From Octopus sinensis (Eukaryota): DNA of 22,866 nucleotides. Below the pieces are notes generated by a model. That model saw nothing but the letters and a program-made list of their open reading frames with translations, did not search any database and was not told where the DNA came from. Of the stretch, positions 20,120 through 22,866 are shown in pieces. A program made the translations under genes and the position numbers. The stretch covers positions 1 through 22,866 of the forward strand of contig NW_021836757.1 of NCBI RefSeq assembly GCF_006345805.1, written 5' to 3'. Numbering within the stretch: the stretch's first letter is position 1; every line of letters starts with the position of its first letter.

Positions 20120-20120
<1 letters not shown>
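19323..20120 (-). mobile_element. R4/Dong-like non-LTR retrotransposon fragment (RT thumb, CCHC zinc knuckle, start of RLE)
   Basis: IDRKIRKLLTMHHPKADTERLYLPRKEGGRGL; ETEGFIIAAQDQCLPTRNY; CRVCQQQNETIDHVVSKC (CX2CX8HX4C, 19509-19562); YLNRHD. After a 1-nt frameshift: WWEYKPPPVLENDHISLL*NFTI*TERK. It breaks off before the PD motif. The tail of ORF 19173..20123 is read-through into microsatellite and the neighbouring repeat. Confidence 0.93.
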
Positions 20121-20172
<52 letters not shown>

Positions 20173-21179
20173 GCTATTAGGTTTCATAAGTGCAGCGAAA
20201 GGAAATCAGTATATGTATTATTTTACGTACTACAAATTGGACGACTTCGCCATTTCGCCATACGAGTTGGAGAAATTACATTAAGTGATTAGTTTCAATT
20301 ATACAAATAAGCTTAAAACGTTAACTGGAAATAGTATTAGTATTTTTTTTTAAAGCTGCATAGAGTGCTGGATTACTAGTCCTATACTACATTTCACTTA
20401 TTAGTAATGTAACAACTAACTAAACATGAAAAACAAATAAATTTATTAGAAGGGAGAACTAAGAATAGAATTAAAAAAATGAGCTCCTACAGTAACCAGG
20501 GATGAAGAATTCCTAATATAAGAAAACATTAAGAACTAAGAATATATAACCAAAGCTGAAGAACTAAAAATATTACTGATGTTGAATAAGAAATAAAACA
20601 AAAGCTAAGATGAGAAGCTAAGGTTATAACAAAATATAATAAAGTATAACCTAAGATAAAGAACCAGTAGTTCTCACCAAAGATTAAAACAAAGCATGAA
20701 CCTAAAAATAAATACTCCAACGAAGAATATAAACAATTTTGAATAACCAAGAATATAACTAAAAACAAAATCCAATATAAACGTAGATAGATAAGTAGGA
20801 AAAAAGAACCCCGACAATTAAGAAGCAACAATATAACCAGCAATGATGAACCAAATATATGATAAAAGATGGGAAAAAAAGGAGAGGGTATCAAATAAAA
20901 ATTTAACAAAAAAATTGAGATGCAAGACCCTCCATAATCGAATTTAACCACAGAATGAGCTCGAAGTAGAATGTACACACTGCAAAATACTTAAATAGAT
21001 TGTGAAAGATTGGAACAAAAGTAAAAACCAGATGAAGGAAAAGATGAAGACAGTGAAGGATGGCAAGAGACGAAGGCAACTGCGGGAGATCAACAAGGAA
21101 TAATAACAATTGCAACAATCAACTAGAAATGTTAAAGCACCTTTAAAACACAAAGAGATAAGGCAAATAATCTCCATAC

Positions 21180-21228
21180 ACGCACGCACACACACACACA
21201 CACGTATACACACACGCACACACATGCA

Positions 21229-21280
<52 letters not shown>

Positions 21281-21410
21281 GTCTGTATATATACGTGTGT
21301 ATGCGCGCGCACGTTTGTGAGTGTGCAAGCTGTGTATAATATATGCGTACACGCACATGCGCAGATACAAGCACACTTATACACATATAGAAACACGTAC
21401 ATACACATGC
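21180..21410. repeat. (CA)n and degenerate CA/TG tract
   Basis: Directly visible. Confidence 0.93.
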
Positions 21411-21614
21411 AATAGATGTTTATAAGTCCACGTGGTATGATCCCAAACGACGAGAGACCAGATTAAACGCATCACACACAGCGCTACAAATATTAAATGT
21501 TGAGCTCTGCAACATTTTTCTTTTTCTTCTTCCCCCGACACCACCTCTCTCCTTTCTCTTTTTACTCTTGTACGGTGCATACTTTTTGTTTATAAGCTTT
21601 TCGTTCTTTTTATT

Positions 21615-21721
21615 CTATATATATATATATATATATATGAATATATGTATGTATGTATATATATAATATATATATATATATATAATATTATATGAATATA
21701 TGTATGTATGTATATATATAT

Positions 21722-21754
<33 letters not shown>

Positions 21755-21771
21755 GAATATATGTATGTATG

Positions 21772-21824
<53 letters not shown>

Positions 21825-21825
21825 A
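21615..21825. repeat. (TA)n array with three copies of tgaatatatgtatgtatgtatat
   Basis: Unit starts at 21638, 21693 and 21754. Confidence 0.93.
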
Positions 21826-21986
21826 TGTTCCTTATCTATGTCTTCAGTAATACCTACCTCACCCAGGCAATCTTTAATTATTTGATATCTTAATAGGTAA
21901 AATGTCTAACATGGCTATCCGTTCCACAAATCACCTTTTTCAAACTAAACAAAACATCAACGCAAGTACACTCTCAGATCATTTCT

Positions 21987-22017
<31 letters not shown>

Positions 22018-22162
22018 TCTGTTGGTGATCTTGTATTGTACATCTTAGGTTATGAAAAAAAGAAAGAACATTGCTGATGAAAACTATGTATGCACGAGTG
22101 GGTATGAGCAACAACACGGATTGACAAATGAGAAAAATGTCCCAACAGGCCAAGCATTAGAT

Positions 22163-22192
22163 CAACACACACACACACATACACTCACGCAC

Positions 22193-22245
<53 letters not shown>
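22163..22245. repeat. (CA)n microsatellite
   Basis: Directly visible. Confidence 0.96.
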
Positions 22246-22866
22246 CACGCGCGCGTGGACATGTAGGTATATACATACACATATTCAAACACTGACACGC
22301 AAACACATGTACGAACATATAAGTACAGATATTTTTACACTTATACATTGATATACACTTACAAATACACAATAAAAAAAAACCAACATAGTAGTGGTTG
22401 AGGAGGATTTTTATCACTATCTCTTGTTACATATACACACATGCATAGTTACAGTATCATGTATTGATATTTATGGATAACAACGTATCTTTTATACATG
22501 TTTTATTTTTTTAAAAAAGCGACTATGACTCGGTTTATCTTTTTATAAAGATTTTTCGTTTTTCCGCGTAAGTCTTTTGCGGTTTGTTTGGAAGTTCTTA
22601 CAACCACAATCAACGTTTCTAGACTTGCACAGGATCATCATTAGGATATAAAATATATTTGGCTTCTTTATTACCTCTTTCATAGCGGTCGAATTTACGT
22701 AGACTTTACCAACGAGAATTTTGATCATTAGGTTACATCCATACATTATAAAATTTCTTAGAAAAATAGACTATTTATTATGGGAGCAACGCTATCATAA
22801 CACAATCCAAAAATAAACACATAAATATCATCAATCAGAGAGGTTAAGAGAGAGATGGGAGGGGGA

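Noticed and set aside
19173-20123. Host gene for the 316-aa ORF
   Set aside because: It is a truncated, frameshifted LINE fragment; the start codon is made at the microsatellite junction and the last part is read-through.
22049-22351. Exon or ORF MKKRKNIADENY...
   Set aside because: Short unique part, ambiguous donors, no recognisable homology; the remainder is (CA)n.
22543-22746. 67-aa minus-strand ORF
   Set aside because: No recognisable motif or splice context; the length is within chance expectation.

Overview
AT-rich eukaryotic DNA, dense in microsatellites and retroposons. The SINE types, the R4/Dong-like LINE pieces and the repeat density point to an octopus genome; this is recall-based inference, not a database result. 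I found no intact host gene. Most listed ORFs are translations of (CA)n, (TA)n, (AAT)n or (CTAT)n tracts, or of SINEs. Recognisable protein-coding remnants are all non-LTR retrotransposon fossils. R4/Dong-like pieces: thumb plus CCHC knuckle at 19323-20120 (-), restriction-like endonuclease pieces at 10425-10571 (-) and 14263-14484 (+), and a 3' end at 18640-18740 (-). The two endonuclease pieces are not in the ORF track. RTE (Rex3/Expander-like) 3' fragments lie at 10683-11268 (-) and 11296-11536 (+). About 20 SINE copies or fragments from several families are present. The most notable structures are four fold-back elements within about 5.6 kb: a TIR-bounded MITE-like element (6313-6754), a diverged inverted pair (6986-7817), the head-to-head RTE pair (10909-11536) and a near-perfect 121-bp palindrome (11770-11890). 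Also notable are a stack of retro-insertions in a TAA microsatellite (18581-20172) and one well-formed 98-bp exon candidate (14875-14972) between exact 20-bp direct repeats. All alignments were done by eye and repeat boundaries are approximate.
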